A stretch of 64,000 nucleotides of DNA from Eledone cirrhosa (GCA_964016885.1 OZ024763.1:27590001-27654000); one strand, 5' to 3'; counted from the first letter of the stretch, positions 16,031-29,830 are shown. Numbers and translations are program-made. The notes: generated by a model not told the origin, from the letters alone.

Positions 16031-16625
16031 GGTGTAGTAGAGTATTATGTTAAGTATGGTCTCGAAATAATAGGATAAGCTGTGATGGAGTTTAACAGCA
16101 ATCGCAACATAAAAATCCTGTCCTTGTGTGTTTCCATATCAAAATTATGTGGAATATCAGGATATCAGAATATATGAAGGAGGAGTGGGCGGAGGTAGAG
16201 GTTGTGTTAGAGGGAAGAGAACTGGTGAAGGTGAGAGTGTGGGAGGTGGGTGAGAGAGTGTTGGCGAGGGTTAGGGTTGAAATATCCATGGTGGTTGCAT
16301 CAGCTTAGATTTGCTTGTCATTTGTTAAGCCGTAGTGTCAGGAACGTCTTTGAAAAGTCTTGGAAAGTCTTGGAAAGTCTTATGTCTTACGGTAAATAGA
16401 TACTCCAGTGCACGCCGACCAAATATGTACGCATTTGCTCTCATTGGATTTGCTTTCTATCTAGGCATGCACATTTTAGCGTTCTCACATTTTAACGTTC
16501 TCGCATTTTCACATTCTCGCATTCTGGGGTTTTTGCATGATGTTGGTAGACGTTTTTCTATTTTATGTATGTATGTGTTTTTTGTTTGTGTGTGTATGTG
16601 TGTGTTTGTCTGCGTGAGGGAGAGG

Positions 16626-16658
<33 letters not shown>

Positions 16659-17119
16659 TAAAAGAGAGAAAAAAGAGAGTGAAAGAGAGAGAGTAAAAGA
16701 GAAAAAAAGAGAGTGAAAGAGAGAGAGAGAGAGAGAGAGATATTATGTGAGTGTTTGTGTGAGAGAGAATGTGATTGCGTGGGGGTGGGAGTGAGTGAGA
16801 GAGTAATAGAGAGGAAGAGAGAGAGTAGACAGAGAAACATATATAGAGAGAGAGGAGAGAAAGAAATATTTATATATATATATAGAGAGAGAGAGGGAGC
16901 GAGAATGTGTGTGTATGTGTATGTCTGTATACATATGAAACATTACGTTCAAGTTAAGGCAATTGACCGTATGAAATATATAGATACCCTACGTCCCGTC
17001 CGGCTGGCGCTTGGCTAGGTATACCTGCCCTCACTACTCCACTGCAAAGATACCACACACCCTCCCGTGTCACATTGTCCTTCTGACTCTCTCTCCCTCT
17101 CTCTCTCTGAATAACTAAC

Positions 17120-17713
17120 ACTTTAATTGTATCTCTCTCTCTCTAATGGCCTATCTCTCTCTTTTTCCCTCCCTCTGTTTTTCTGTCTCTCTCTGTAGAT
17201 GTGTGTGTGTAGTTTTTTCTAATCTTTCTCTCTCTCTCTCTCTCTCTCTATGTGTATATATTGAAGGGAGATACGGAAACTAAAACAGTGTTGTCATATA
17301 GAGAGTGAAGAGCGACAGAGAGAGTAAAGCAGTTAAATTATAGAGAGGGGGAATATAAAGTATAGATATGTGTGTGTGTGTGTGTGTTTGTGTATGTGTA
17401 TGTGTGTTTGTGTATGTGTGTATGTGCATGCGTGTGTCTGTGTGTTTTGTTTTGATGTTATATTATGTGTGGTGGTGGATTGGCAGTATCGGTAGAGGGT
17501 CGGACGCCATGCTTTCCAGCATAGTTACGTCCCTTTACGATCTGAGTTCAAATCCCGCCGAGGTTGACTTTGCCTTTCATCCTTACGGGGTCGATAAAAT
17601 AAAGTACCAGTAATGCACTGGGTGATTGCTGGCCTTGTGCCTAAAGTAGAAACAGTTATATTATGTGTGTGTGTGTGTGTTACTTATGCGAGCGACGACA
17701 GAAAGTATGTGTA

Positions 17714-17794
<81 letters not shown>

Positions 17795-18180
17795 TACTTA
17801 TGCGAGCGACGACAGAAAAACAGAGGGAGGGGAAAAGAGGGATAGGCCGTTAGACAGAGAGAGATACAGTTAAAACGGAAAGTAAAAGAGTGTTGTCTTA
17901 TAGAGAGTGAAGAGAGACAGAGAGTAAAGCAGTTAAATTATAGAGAGGGTGAAAGAGGGAGAGAGAGAGAGAGATGACGCTCAACTTTATAATATTTGAG
18001 AGCGAAGAGCGACAGAGAGAATAAAGCAGTTAAATTATAGAGAGGGGGAATTATCTATTATAGAAAGAGGGAAGAGCGACGGAGAGAGTAAAGCTAACAA
18101 ACTATAGGGAGGTGTATAGGATACATACATACATACATATATAATACACATGACACTCAGCTTTATAATATTATAGATAG
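17120..18180. repeat. GA-rich non-autonomous element with inverted and direct internal repeats (possibly Helitron-like)
   Basis: About 17122-17187 is the reverse complement of about 17811-17873. GACAGAGAGAGTAAAGCAGTTAAATTATAGAGAGGG is repeated 3-4 times. Ends CTCAGCTTTATAATATTATAGAT. The class assignment is a guess. Confidence 0.4.
17472..17654 (+). mobile_element. Full-length tRNA-derived SINE with a 15-bp TSD
   Basis: A/B boxes, conserved core, 3' GGCCTTGTGCCTAAAGTAGAAACA. TSD GTTATATTATGTGTG at 17457-17471 and 17655-17669. Confidence 0.92.
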
Positions 18181-18199
18181 ATATATATTTATTAAAATA

Positions 18200-18306
18200 A
18201 CTGTTTCTACTTTTGGCACAAGGCCAGCAATTACTCAGTGCATTACTGGTACTTTATTCTATCGACCCCGGAAGGATGAAAGGCAAAGTTAACTTCGGCG
18301 GGATTT
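18200..18306 (-). mobile_element. SINE 3' half abutting a palindrome
   Basis: Reverse complement of core and tail, truncated within the B box. Confidence 0.85.
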
Positions 18307-18394
18307 ATTAAAGTTTAAGCAAAGAATCGCTGCTTTCACCCTTAACGGGATCTTCTGAAGGGTGAAAGCAGCGATTCTTTGCTTAAACTCTAAT
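18307..18394. repeat. Fold-back palindrome (37-bp arms, 14-nt spacer) with a hammerhead-like remnant
   Basis: Arms 18307-18343 / 18358-18394. Minus strand reads caGAAGA t ccc gttaa ggg t GAAA. Confidence 0.7.
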
Positions 18395-18449
18395 GTTATT
18401 TTAATATATATTTAATTACTATACTATATATATATATTTAATATATATA

Positions 18450-18635
18450 AGGGCCGTGGATTGGCAGTATCGGTAGAGGGTCAGACGCCACGCTTTCTAG
18501 CATAGTTACGTTTCTTTACAGTCTGAGTTCAAATCCCGCCGAGGTTAACTTTGCCTTTCATCCTTACGGGGTCGATAAAATAAAGTACCAGTAATGCACT
18601 GGGTAATTGCTGGCCTTGTGCCTAAAGTAGAAATA
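18450..18635 (+). mobile_element. Full-length tRNA-derived SINE
   Basis: Same family. Probable TSD GTTATTTTAATATATATTT at 18395-18413 and 18636-18654. Confidence 0.9.
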
Positions 18636-18724
18636 GTTATTTTAATATATATTTGCTCTAGGGTTCTTATATATTTGATATATATTTATCCTTATCGAAC
18701 CCTCTCTGGATTTTAGTCTTCACA

Positions 18725-18900
18725 TTGGCAGTATCGGTAGAGGGGCGGACGCCATGCTTTCCAGCATAGGTACGGCCCTTTACGATCTGGGTTCAAATCC
18801 CGCCGAGGTTGACTTTGCCTTTCATCCTTACGGGATCGATAAAATAAAGTACCAGTAATGCACTGGATAATTGCTGGCCTTTTGCCTAAAGTAGAAACAG
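18725..18900 (+). mobile_element. tRNA-derived SINE
   Basis: TGGCAGTATCGG, GGTTCAAATCCC, core and tail present. Confidence 0.9.
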
Positions 18901-18904
18901 TTAT

Positions 18905-18947
<43 letters not shown>

Positions 18948-19298
18948 TACACATTTATATGTGTATGTATACACACACACACACACATACACATATATAT
19001 ATATATATATATGCTGGTGTGTGTGTGTATGTAGCTGGATGTATACGTGGACGAAAGGAGGGGCCCAGAAGAAGGGGAGGGAATTTTAATTGAGAAAAGT
19101 TGTCTTTCAACCACGGCTTATTAATTACTATCATTATAATTAAGACCCTAACTAATATCATCATCATCATCATTGCCACCATCAACATCATCATCATCAA
19201 CATCATCATTATCATCATCATTTAATTTATTCAGTGATACGATTTATTATTATTATTTAATCATAATTTTCATTACAGCTTTGGGGACACCCTGTCTT

Positions 19299-19371
<73 letters not shown>

Positions 19372-19451
19372 ATCTATCAGGTCGTCAAATATGAAATTTG
19401 TAGAAATGTGTAGGAAAGAAACAAATTCCTACAAATTTGATATTTGATGAC

Positions 19452-19504
<53 letters not shown>

Positions 19505-19886
19505 CTCTCAAATTCCGTCTTAATTAGTTAATTATCCTTTTATTCTATTGGTCTAATTTATTCCAATATTCAGGCCTCTGTCAATTGTCAAAAATAAAAT
19601 AACCCCCTCCCCCCTAAAAAACAAACAAACAATAACAACAATAATAATAATGACGAATGTCCATAAAAGGGGACACAACCGTATTTACCACCACCTTTGC
19701 CACCAGAGGCAGCACGTACCACACTGATAACCTTGCAGAAAAGAAAAAGAAAATCCAAAGCAATGATCACATCAACAACAAAATCAATAACAATAAAATC
19801 AATATTTCCACTCCTCTCTCTGGTTTAAGAAATAACCATTATCACCCTTATTGGATTGTCTCTCTATATATATATAGAACTACACA

Positions 19887-19975
<89 letters not shown>

Positions 19976-19977
<2 letters not shown>

Positions 19978-20205
19978 AGGGAGTGTAACTTGGAGTTACT
20001 GTAGGTTCACCCGGGAGAGCACTCGACGTTTAGGTTCACTTCTGTGTCGAGGTGTAGAGCTAGACAGAGTGTAATATATTGATAAGATAACAAGGACGAT
20101 TGGTTACTCCTTCATTACATTTATTGGTTGGTGACGCGCGTTTCGCCACTGATCAGCTCAAGGTTCGATCTGGGCTTCGGCCGTTTCGACAGCTAGATCC
20201 GAACT
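19976..20205 (-). mobile_element. PLE pseudo-LTR remnant with a hammerhead 3' half
   Basis: Minus strand GAAA cgcgcg TC acc (20130-20144). Flanked by (TA)n on both sides. Homologous to 32077-32345. Confidence 0.7.
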
Positions 20206-20244
20206 CATATATATATATATATAAGTATATACATGTATTTTTTT

Positions 20245-20470
20245 TTGTGGAGCGAGAGACTCCTAGTCTTCATTAAGACATCTCTGTAGGTGAAGGTCAC
20301 TCTGATATAAAACCTGCGACTTTGTTTGCATCCAATGATGTAGACCAGCTCTTCTTTTTGTGGCAAATGTATTCGATGTTCAGAGAGTGGGACTGGCCCT
20401 TTGAAATGACTTTCTTCGCTTAAGAAAGCTTCAAGCAGGGGCATCCCTTGATATATGGCATTTTTTTGCA
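20245..20470 (+). mobile_element. Diverged relative of the RTE-5'UTR-like element at 27860
   Basis: Shares ACTCTGATATAA.ACCTGC, ATCCAATGATGT.GAC, TTCTTTTTG and AGAGAGTGGGACTGG. Confidence 0.55.
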
Positions 20471-20489
20471 TGGTATTGCTGGCCAGAGG

Positions 20490-21325
20490 CAAGTCTCTTC
20501 GGTCACAAATGACCATGTGATTTGCACCCAGAAAGTTCCCCCTCTGAGGCACAAGTCTGGGCAAGGTTGTTTGTGGATGACCAGTAGTCAGCCATGCATA
20601 CCAGTGTCCCCTCCTCACGCCACTGGTGATGTCCAGGGGAAAGACTGGTCAATTCAGCTTGGCACCAGTGAACCCACACCTCATATATACACTATATATA
20701 CATCATATATACACTAAAACCAGTACATATACACTATGTACCTTATATATACATTATATATACACTCTTATATACATTATATATATATATACACTATGTA
20801 TTGTGTATGTATACACTATATATGACGATGTCCAAGGGAAAGGCAATGGCTGATACAGCTTGACACCAGTGATGTGGCAAGATATATATACATTATATAT
20901 ATATTATATATACATTACTTACAGTATATATTATACACTATATATGATGTCGTCCAAGGGAAAAGCAATGGCCGATACAGCTTGACACCAGTCATGTGAC
21001 AACAGATATATATATATACATTATATATAAAGTACCAGTAATGCACTGAGATAATTGCTGGCCTTGTGCCAAAAGTAGAAACAATTATATATATATTATA
21101 TATACACTATTTACAGTATATATTATACACTATATATGATGTCGAAAGGAAAGGAAATGGCTGATACAGTTTGCATCAGTGATGTCGCAACTCATTTCTA
21201 CAGCTTAGTGAACTGGAGCAATGTGAAATAAAGTGTCTTGCTCAAGGACACAACACATCACCTGGTCCGAGAATTGAACTCACAACCTCCCGATTTCAAG
21301 CCCAATGCTCTAACCCCTAAGCCAT
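20490..21325 (-). mobile_element. CORE-like tRNA SINE with internal tandem duplications and a nested SINE tail
   Basis: Head at about 21215-21325 (B box GAGTTCAATTC; CCTTGAGCAAGACACTTTA). The GATGTCCAAGGGAAAGGCAATGGCTGATACAGCTTG segment repeats about 4 times. The other SINE's 3' end sits at about 21028-21088. Confidence 0.65.
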
Positions 21326-21684
21326 GATTAAGCATCATTTATATTATTACGTATATATATATATTCATATGCAGACCTAAATATTTTCAAATTTCAATAC
21401 TAATGACATACACACACATATATATATATAAATACACACACAGGCACACACATATTCATACATACACACATACATACATACATACATACATACATACATA
21501 CATACATACATACATACATACATACATACATACATACATACCTTCATACATAGATACATACATACCTTCATACATACCTCCTCATACATACATACTTATA
21601 TACATTCATACGTATATACATACACAACTATACACATACTTACATGCATACACACATACATACATTCATACATGCGTACATGCA

Positions 21685-21720
<36 letters not shown>

Positions 21721-22062
21721 TATATACATACACATAAAGTCTACCTGCCATCTTTGCAGACAGAAATAATGGTATAATAATATATAAAAGTCTTGTCGCC
21801 ATTATATATACATACACACAGATATATACGTGTATGTGTATATATATGTTTGTATGTATGTATACATACATACATATCTATCCATCGATCTATCTATCTA
21901 TCAATATATACATATATATATATATGAATATATATATATATACATACATATATATATATATATGCATATATATATATTGTATATATATATATATTTCAAT
22001 TTAACATAATACATATACTTATATTTTATTTTACATATCCATTCATATGTGTGTGTGTGTGT

Positions 22063-22327
<265 letters not shown>

Positions 22328-22742
22328 GTTTAACATAATACAAACACATATATTTTATTTTACATATCCATCCATATGTGAGTGTACATTTATATATATA
22401 TATATATATCTATACACACACACACACATACACAATATAAAAACGTATAGACAATATAATAAAAACACACATATACACACATACACACACGCTCAAAATC
22501 TAGAAGATTAATGAGCACCAAGAAAGCCCACATGTATTTACATCATACATCACGAACCATATCCATCAGGGGACCAGCGCTATCGTGATAGTCTCTATTC
22601 TTGAAAAGTTTCGCTAAACTTCTCCGCCATCTTTAAACTTTGTAAAGAAGCAAATAACGGCATTTGCCCTAAAACTGAGGCATTTCTTCGACGTTACACA
22701 GATTAATTTAGCTAACAATTGGTTAAATATAAAACGTATATA

Positions 22743-22820
<78 letters not shown>

Positions 22821-22864
22821 GGGGGGGGGATTGTGTGTGTGCGTATGTGTGTATATATATACAC

Positions 22865-22914
<50 letters not shown>

Positions 22915-22950
22915 CCATATATATATATATATATATAAGCATATATATAA

Positions 22951-23004
<54 letters not shown>

Positions 23005-23254
23005 GTATATATATGTATATATACAAATATATATATGTTTATGCACATATATGCATACATATATAATCACAAACATACACATACACATACAGACACACAT
23101 GCACACATACACACCAACACACATACACACAAACAAACATACACACAAATATATATATATATGTGTGTGTGTATGCATGATTTCTGTTTGTGAGTATGTA
23201 TGCATATATGCATATACATATATATATATATATGCATAAATATGTACACGTTTG

Positions 23255-23364
<110 letters not shown>

Positions 23365-23534
23365 CATATATATACATATATATATATATACATATATATA
23401 TATGTGTATATATATGTATATATTAATTTTAACGAGCCAGACAAATAGAAATCGTCCTAGATCGCCGTTTGCCATTCGCTCCATGATTTAACAGAAATCG
23501 TATTTTGTAAACAGCAACTCGTATATCATAACTG

Positions 23535-24440
23535 ATAATGATGATGATGATGATGGTGATGATGGTGATGGTGATGGTGATGATGATGGTATGGATGATG
23601 GTGATGGTGATGATGATGGTAATGGTGATGGTGCTGGTGCTGGTGATGGTGCTGGTGATGATGATGGTGATGGTGATGGTGATGGTGATGATGATGGTGA
23701 TGATGATGGTGGTGATAATGGTGATGGTGATGGTGATGGTGATGGTGATGGTGATGATGATGGTATGGATGATGGTGATGGTGATGGTGGTGATGATGAT
23801 GGTGATGATGATGGTGGTGATGGTGATGGTGATGGTGATGATGATGGTATGGATGATGGTGATGGTGATGGTGATGATGATGGTGATGATGATGGTGGTG
23901 ATGGTGATGGTGATGATGATGGTATGGATGATGGTGATGGTGATGGTGATGATGATGGTGATGGTGATGGTGATGATGATGGTGATGGTGATGATGATGA
24001 TGATGATGATGGTGATGGTGATGATGATGATGATGATGATGATGATGGTGATGGTGATGATGATGGTGATGGTGATGATGATGGTGATGGTGATGATGAT
24101 GGTGACGGTGATGATGATGGTGATTGTGATGGTGATGGTGATGATGGTGATGGTGATGATGAAGATGATGATGGTGATGGTGATGGTGATGATGGTGATG
24201 ATGATGGTGATGATGATGATGGTGATGGTGATGGTGATGATGATGGTGATGATGATGATGCTGATGGTGATGGTGATGGTGATGATGATGATGATGGTGC
24301 TGGTGATGGTGATGGTGATGATGATGGTGATGGTGATGGTGATGACGATGGTGATGGTGATGATGATGGTGATGGTGATGGTGATGGTGATGGTGATGGT
24401 GATGATGATGGTGATGATGATGAGGAGGAGGATGAGGAGG
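23535..24440. repeat. (GAT/GGT)n compound trinucleotide tract; similar tracts at 36408-37260, 37975-38527, 42690-43660, 52615-54350 and 62405-63690
   Basis: Direct inspection. Confidence 0.9.
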
Positions 24441-24791
24441 AGAAAACAGAGTTTAAATATGATTTTATAAATTAAATATGTTAGTATACTTTAATATTAA
24501 TTTAGACATTTATAAACTTTTATAGCCTGAAATATTATACCTTTATATTAATCCATTATTCGAAATTTAACGATCAGCCGGATAAGTTTGGATATATATA
24601 GTGTATATAAATAATTGTTAGTATATTTCTTATTAATTGAGGACTCGAAATTAAACCCTCATATAATTACACCCAGATATATTTAATATTTAGATAGATG
24701 GATACTTCGAGATAATTCAAAGAATCGAGTTTACTCTTTCACATAGCTATGCCCAAATGTATATCCATGTATTTATCTATGCTTTATACTA

Positions 24792-24898
24792 ATTTTTAAA
24801 TTGCATTTGTGATAATATTTTACACGTTTTTATTGTATGTAAACTTCCCCTTTGTATTTGTCCCTTTCTTTTGTGCCCTTGTGGCTAATAAAGAAACA
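24792..24898 (+). mobile_element. 5'-truncated Tx1 3' UTR insertion with an 18-bp TSD
   Basis: Matches the 44250-44356 3' UTR. TSD TATCTATGCTTTATACTA at 24774-24791 and 24899-24916. Confidence 0.88.
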
Positions 24899-25248
24899 TA
24901 TCTATGCTTTATACTATAGAAATTATTCCCCTTTGTCTCTCTATCCTTGATCAATTCTCTTTTGCTTTCTATACTTCTAGTAACTAGATTTTTATCCTCA
25001 TCTGTTTCTCTCTGTCTTTCTTCATTCTTTCTTCTTTCTTCAATAATTTAAATTATTTTAATCTCTAACAGTTATGTAAACTGCTATTATGTATTTTTAA
25101 GCTTTCTCACACGCACCCCCTGTATTGTATGTAAATTTTTTCATGTCTCAATCTTAAGGTATATAAATATTGAGTCTTGTCATATCATATTCACTACCAT
25201 GACTGAATCTTAACCATCTACTATGTCAGGGTATGTCATGCATCATCT

Positions 25249-25315
25249 TATTTTATCTGATGAGAACGTACTGTTGAAGATAACTCAGTACCTCTGAAAT
25301 ATGTATAATAAAATA
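25249..25315 (+). ncRNA. Type I hammerhead ribozyme motif (PLE)
   Basis: tattttat CTGATGA gaacgtactg-ttgaagataact-cagtacctct GAAA tatgta TA ataaaata, with a perfect 8-bp stem I. Preceded by AGGGTATGTCA as at 13222. Confidence 0.8.
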
Positions 25316-25444
25316 TACTTGATCACACGAATGTCTAGGAAAATTTTGATCTACCTGTACCGTCGTGGAGATATTATATAATATCTCCGCTAGGTTTCTG
25401 TAAATCCGAAATCAAGAGAGAGATGTATATATATATATATATGT

Positions 25445-25499
<55 letters not shown>

Positions 25500-25500
<1 letters not shown>

Positions 25501-25974
25501 GGGAAAGAATGAAACGAAATTTCATTTCTCACTCTTAATACGGCTGATACTTAAATGTAAGTATGTATACGTACATACACATATGTATACAGACGTACAG
25601 TAGTGCGCCCGGCCGACTAACTCACTCGAGATGCAAATTAGGCTACTCAGCCGTTAATATGCATAAGGAAAGTATATACTTTCAGATGTTCAATCATCTG
25701 GCAGGAAGGTATACGATGCTGACGATAGCTAATAAGCTTGAAACTAGTACATCGTTCCTGTGTCAGTGTTGAACTAAAAGGCGACGATGGTTGCCTAAAC
25801 ACTGTACGGCGTAATTCGGGCTGTTTGTTTGTTTACAAACAAACAAACTGAACATTATAATAAATGTTCGGTAAAACCATACGTACATACATATATGTGT
25901 GCATGTATGTGTATATATACATACTACTGTACGTCTGTATACATATATGTATGTACGTATACATACATACTCAC

Positions 25975-25980
<6 letters not shown>
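25500..25980. mobile_element. PLE remnant with an inverted terminal arm
   Basis: About 25552-25604 is inverted at about 25923-25979. Homologous to 55200-55595. Flanked by (TA)n. Confidence 0.75.
25713..25755 (+). ncRNA. Minimal type I hammerhead ribozyme
   Basis: acgatg CTGACGA t agct-aata-agct t GAAA ctag TA catcgt. All core bases are present, the CTAG loop III is palindromic, and stem I can be extended by caggaa/ttcctg. Confidence 0.88.
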
Positions 25981-26033
<53 letters not shown>

Positions 26034-26389
26034 TATATACATACATACATATATATATATATATGCTAAACATCTACAAGAAATAAATGCATAAATAAAT
26101 TCATAACTCATAACATAACTCATAACTAACTATACAAAAAAATATATAAATAAATAAATTATAAATAAATCTATAAATAAATCTATAAATAGCTAAATAT
26201 AAAATATATAATATTTTAGAAAATTAAATAAAAAAAAATCTATAATTAGTATTTGCAGTGACGTCATTGAAACTTCTAAAGAAAATATTAAATTAATTTT
26301 TTTTCTCTCTTCCTTCCGATTTCGAAGAATTATCTCCCCTGATTTTTTTTATTCTTTCAGAAAAAAAAAAAAATCAAAAACATGAACAA

Positions 26390-26550
26390 AAATAACAACA
26401 ACAATAATGATAAAAACAAACGCTACTAATATAATAACAACAACAACAACAATAATGATAAAAACAAACGCTACTAATATAATAACAACAACAACAATAA
26501 TGATAAAAACAAACGCTACTAAGATAATAACAACAACAACAATAACAACA
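26390..26550. repeat. ~50-bp tandem repeat x3
   Basis: AACAACAACAATAATGATAAAAACAAACGCTACTAATATAAT repeated. Confidence 0.8.
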
Positions 26551-27033
26551 ATGTTTGTTGAGTTTTGGTTTTAATAATTTATATATTTTTTATATTAATT
26601 AATTTATTTTTTTATTTTTCAAGGTTTGTTGTTTTATTGTTTTATAGTTATATAATTTGTGTGTATAGATTTTCTTCTTCTTCTTCTTCTTCTTCTTCTT
26701 CTTCTTCTTCTTCTTCTTCTTCTTCTTCTTCTTCTTCTTCTTCTTCTTCACCCCTCCTCCTTTTTCTTTCCCTCCTTCTTCTCCTCCTCCTCCTCCTCTT
26801 CCCCTCCTCTTCCTCATCATCCTTCTTCTTCTTCTTCTTCTTCTTCTTCTTCTTCTTCTTCTCCCTTTTCTTTTCGTCCTCCTCCTCCTCCTCCTCCTCC
26901 TCCTCTTCCTCCTTCTTCTTCTTCTTCTTCTTCTTCTTCTTCTTCTTCTTCTTCTTCTTCTCTTTTTCTTCTTCTTCTTCTTCTCTTTTTTCTTCTTCTT
27001 CTTCTTCTTCTTCTTCTTCTTCTTCTTCTTCGA

Positions 27034-27070
<37 letters not shown>

Positions 27071-27632
27071 GGGATTTCTTTAGACAAATTGGAAATTCCC
27101 CGAGAAAGAATTTTACTGTTTTTATCTCTCTCTCTCTCTCGCTGAAATAACATCTGCTGGAAGGAGGTGGTCGTGGTTGGGGTGTCTGCTAGCACAGTGA
27201 AGAATTAGGTGGCAAATAATGTAAGAAATATGTTGGGAAGGGATGTTTAAAATAGACCCTTCTATCCTCGACCCCCCCCCATTCACCCGGGTCCCTACCC
27301 ACACCCGAACCCTCGACAATTTTTAAAGAATTTTAATCAGAAAGAAAATCACATTAAATTTGAACTCAATACAAGCCTAATTAAATAACTCGAACTAAGG
27401 GGTCGGTGTTTGTTGATGTATGTATGTATGTATGTTTGTATGTATGTTTGTATGTATGTATGTATGTAAGTATGTATGTATGTAAGTATGTGTATATGTA
27501 TGTTTATATGTATGTATGTATGTAAGTATGTATGTATGTATGTATGTATGTATGTTTGTATGTATGTATGTATATATGTATGTATGTATGTATGTATGTA
27601 AGTATGTGTATATGTATGTTTATATGTATGTT

Positions 27633-27664
<32 letters not shown>

Positions 27665-27710
27665 TGTATGTATGTATATATGTATGTATGTAAGTATGTG
27701 TATATGTATG

Positions 27711-27757
<47 letters not shown>

Positions 27758-27774
27758 GTATGTGTATATGTATG

Positions 27775-27808
<34 letters not shown>

Positions 27809-27859
27809 TGTATGTATATATGTGTGTATGTATGTATGTATATATGGTGCTACTGGTAA

Positions 27860-28437
27860 CATGTATCCCAGTACAACCTGTCTCATGGTCGGGTCGTTGG
27901 CGACTAAACTGGCAACCCCACCAAGGTTTCTTGGTGAGGAGGGTGACTTTGGACATCCTGCAGGACTAAAAACAAAACCTGTCAAAGGGCAAAGGAGCTC
28001 GTAAGAGTCAATGGCCATCCAAAATCACCGGGAGAGATGACCCCTTAGCCTTTGTCAAGGCAGAATTCTAGGAGAAGGAAAACTCTGATATAACACCTGC
28101 AACCCTGATGGTATCCAATGATGTTGACTTGTTCTTCTTTTTGGTAAATATCATCTTGGTTAAGAGAGTGGGACTGGTTTTGTGCAGTGCCTTTGCTCAC
28201 TATAAAAGCTTCACGGCACAGGCATTGCTTTATATCTGGAGATCTCTCTGCACTTGTCGTCACATGGTACCATGGGCCCAGCACTATGTGTCAATAATTG
28301 TCACAAGTGTAGTGTTTGTACCAGAGTTTTCAAGTCGCTGGCTGGACTAAAAAGTCACACTTGTTCAGCGCATCGGTAGGGGTTCTCCTACATGGATATA
28401 AAGGAGTGGCCGTACTCGAAAACGAGTTGGCAGCCAC
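27860..28437 (+). mobile_element. ~580-bp non-coding RTE-related retroposon ending in (TATG)n
   Basis: Near-identical copies at 28594-29043 (partial) and 40505-41084. Contains GGAGAAGGAAAACTCTGAT, which resembles RTE 5' UTRs (from memory). All copies end GAGTTGG(C/T)(A/G)GCCACCA. Confidence 0.7.
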
Positions 28438-28523
28438 CATGTATATATGTATGTATGTATGTTTGTATGTATGTATGTATATATGTATATATGTATGTAT
28501 GTAAGTATGTGTATATGTATGTT

Positions 28524-28555
<32 letters not shown>

Positions 28556-28593
28556 TGTATGTATGTTTGTATGTATGTATATATAAAAAAAAA

Positions 28594-29043
28594 GGCAAAG
28601 GAGCTCTTAAGAGTCAATGGCCATCCAAAATCACCGGGAGAGATGACCCCTTAGCCTTTGTCAAGGCAGAATTCTAGGAGAAGGAAAACTCTGATATAAC
28701 ACCTGCAACCCTGATGGTATCCAATGATGTTGACTTGTTCTTCTTTTTGGTAAATATCATCTTGGTTAAGAGAGTGGGACTGGCTTTGTGCAGTGCCTTT
28801 GCTCACTATAAAAGCTTCACGGCACAGGCATTGCTTTATATCTGGAGATCTCTCTGCATTTGTCGTCACATGGTACCATGGGCCCAGCACTATGTGTCAA
28901 TAATTGTCACAAGTGTAGTGTTTGTACCAGAGCTTTCAAGTCGCTGGCTGGACTAAAAAGTCACACTCGTTCAGCGCATCAGTAGGGGTTCTCCTACATG
29001 GATATAAAGTAGTGGCCGTACTCGAAAACGAGTTGGCAGCCAC
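28594..29043 (+). mobile_element. 5'-truncated tandem copy of the same retroposon, followed by ~1.3 kb of (TATG)n
   Basis: Aligns to about 27988-28437. Confidence 0.75.
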
Positions 29044-29163
29044 CATGTATATATGTATGTATGTAAGTATGTATGTATGTAAGTATGTGTATATGTATGT
29101 TTATATGTATGTATGTATGTAAGTATGTATGTATGTATGTATGTATGTCTGTATGTATGTATG

Positions 29164-29214
<51 letters not shown>

Positions 29215-29233
29215 GTATGTGTATATGTATGTT

Positions 29234-29265
<32 letters not shown>

Positions 29266-29315
29266 TGTATGTATGTATGTATATATGTATGTATGTAAGT
29301 ATGTGTATATGTATG

Positions 29316-29370
<55 letters not shown>

Positions 29371-29387
29371 GTATGTGTATATGTATG

Positions 29388-29421
<34 letters not shown>

Positions 29422-29517
29422 TGTATGTATGTATATATGTATGTATGTATGTTTGTATGTATGTATGTATATATGTATGTATGTATGTATGTATGTAAGT
29501 ATGTGTATATGTATGTT

Positions 29518-29549
<32 letters not shown>

Positions 29550-29741
29550 TGTATGTATGTTTGTATGTATGTATGTATATATGTATGTATGTATGTATGT
29601 ATGTAAGTATGTGTATATGTATGTATGTATGTTTGTATGTATGTATGTATGTATGTATATATGTATGTATGTATGTTTGTATGTATGTATGTATATATGT
29701 ATGTATGTATGTATGTATGTAAGTATGTGTATATGTATGTT

Positions 29742-29773
<32 letters not shown>

Positions 29774-29791
29774 TGTTTGTATGTATGTATG

Positions 29792-29830
<39 letters not shown>

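Noticed and set aside
17472-17560. tRNA genes
   Set aside because: The A/B boxes belong to SINE heads that continue into core and tail with TSDs. No clean cloverleaf was found.
19698-19716. CTCF-like motif GCCACCAGAGGCAGCAC
   Set aside because: It is one base short of the core spacing, occurs once and has no supporting context.
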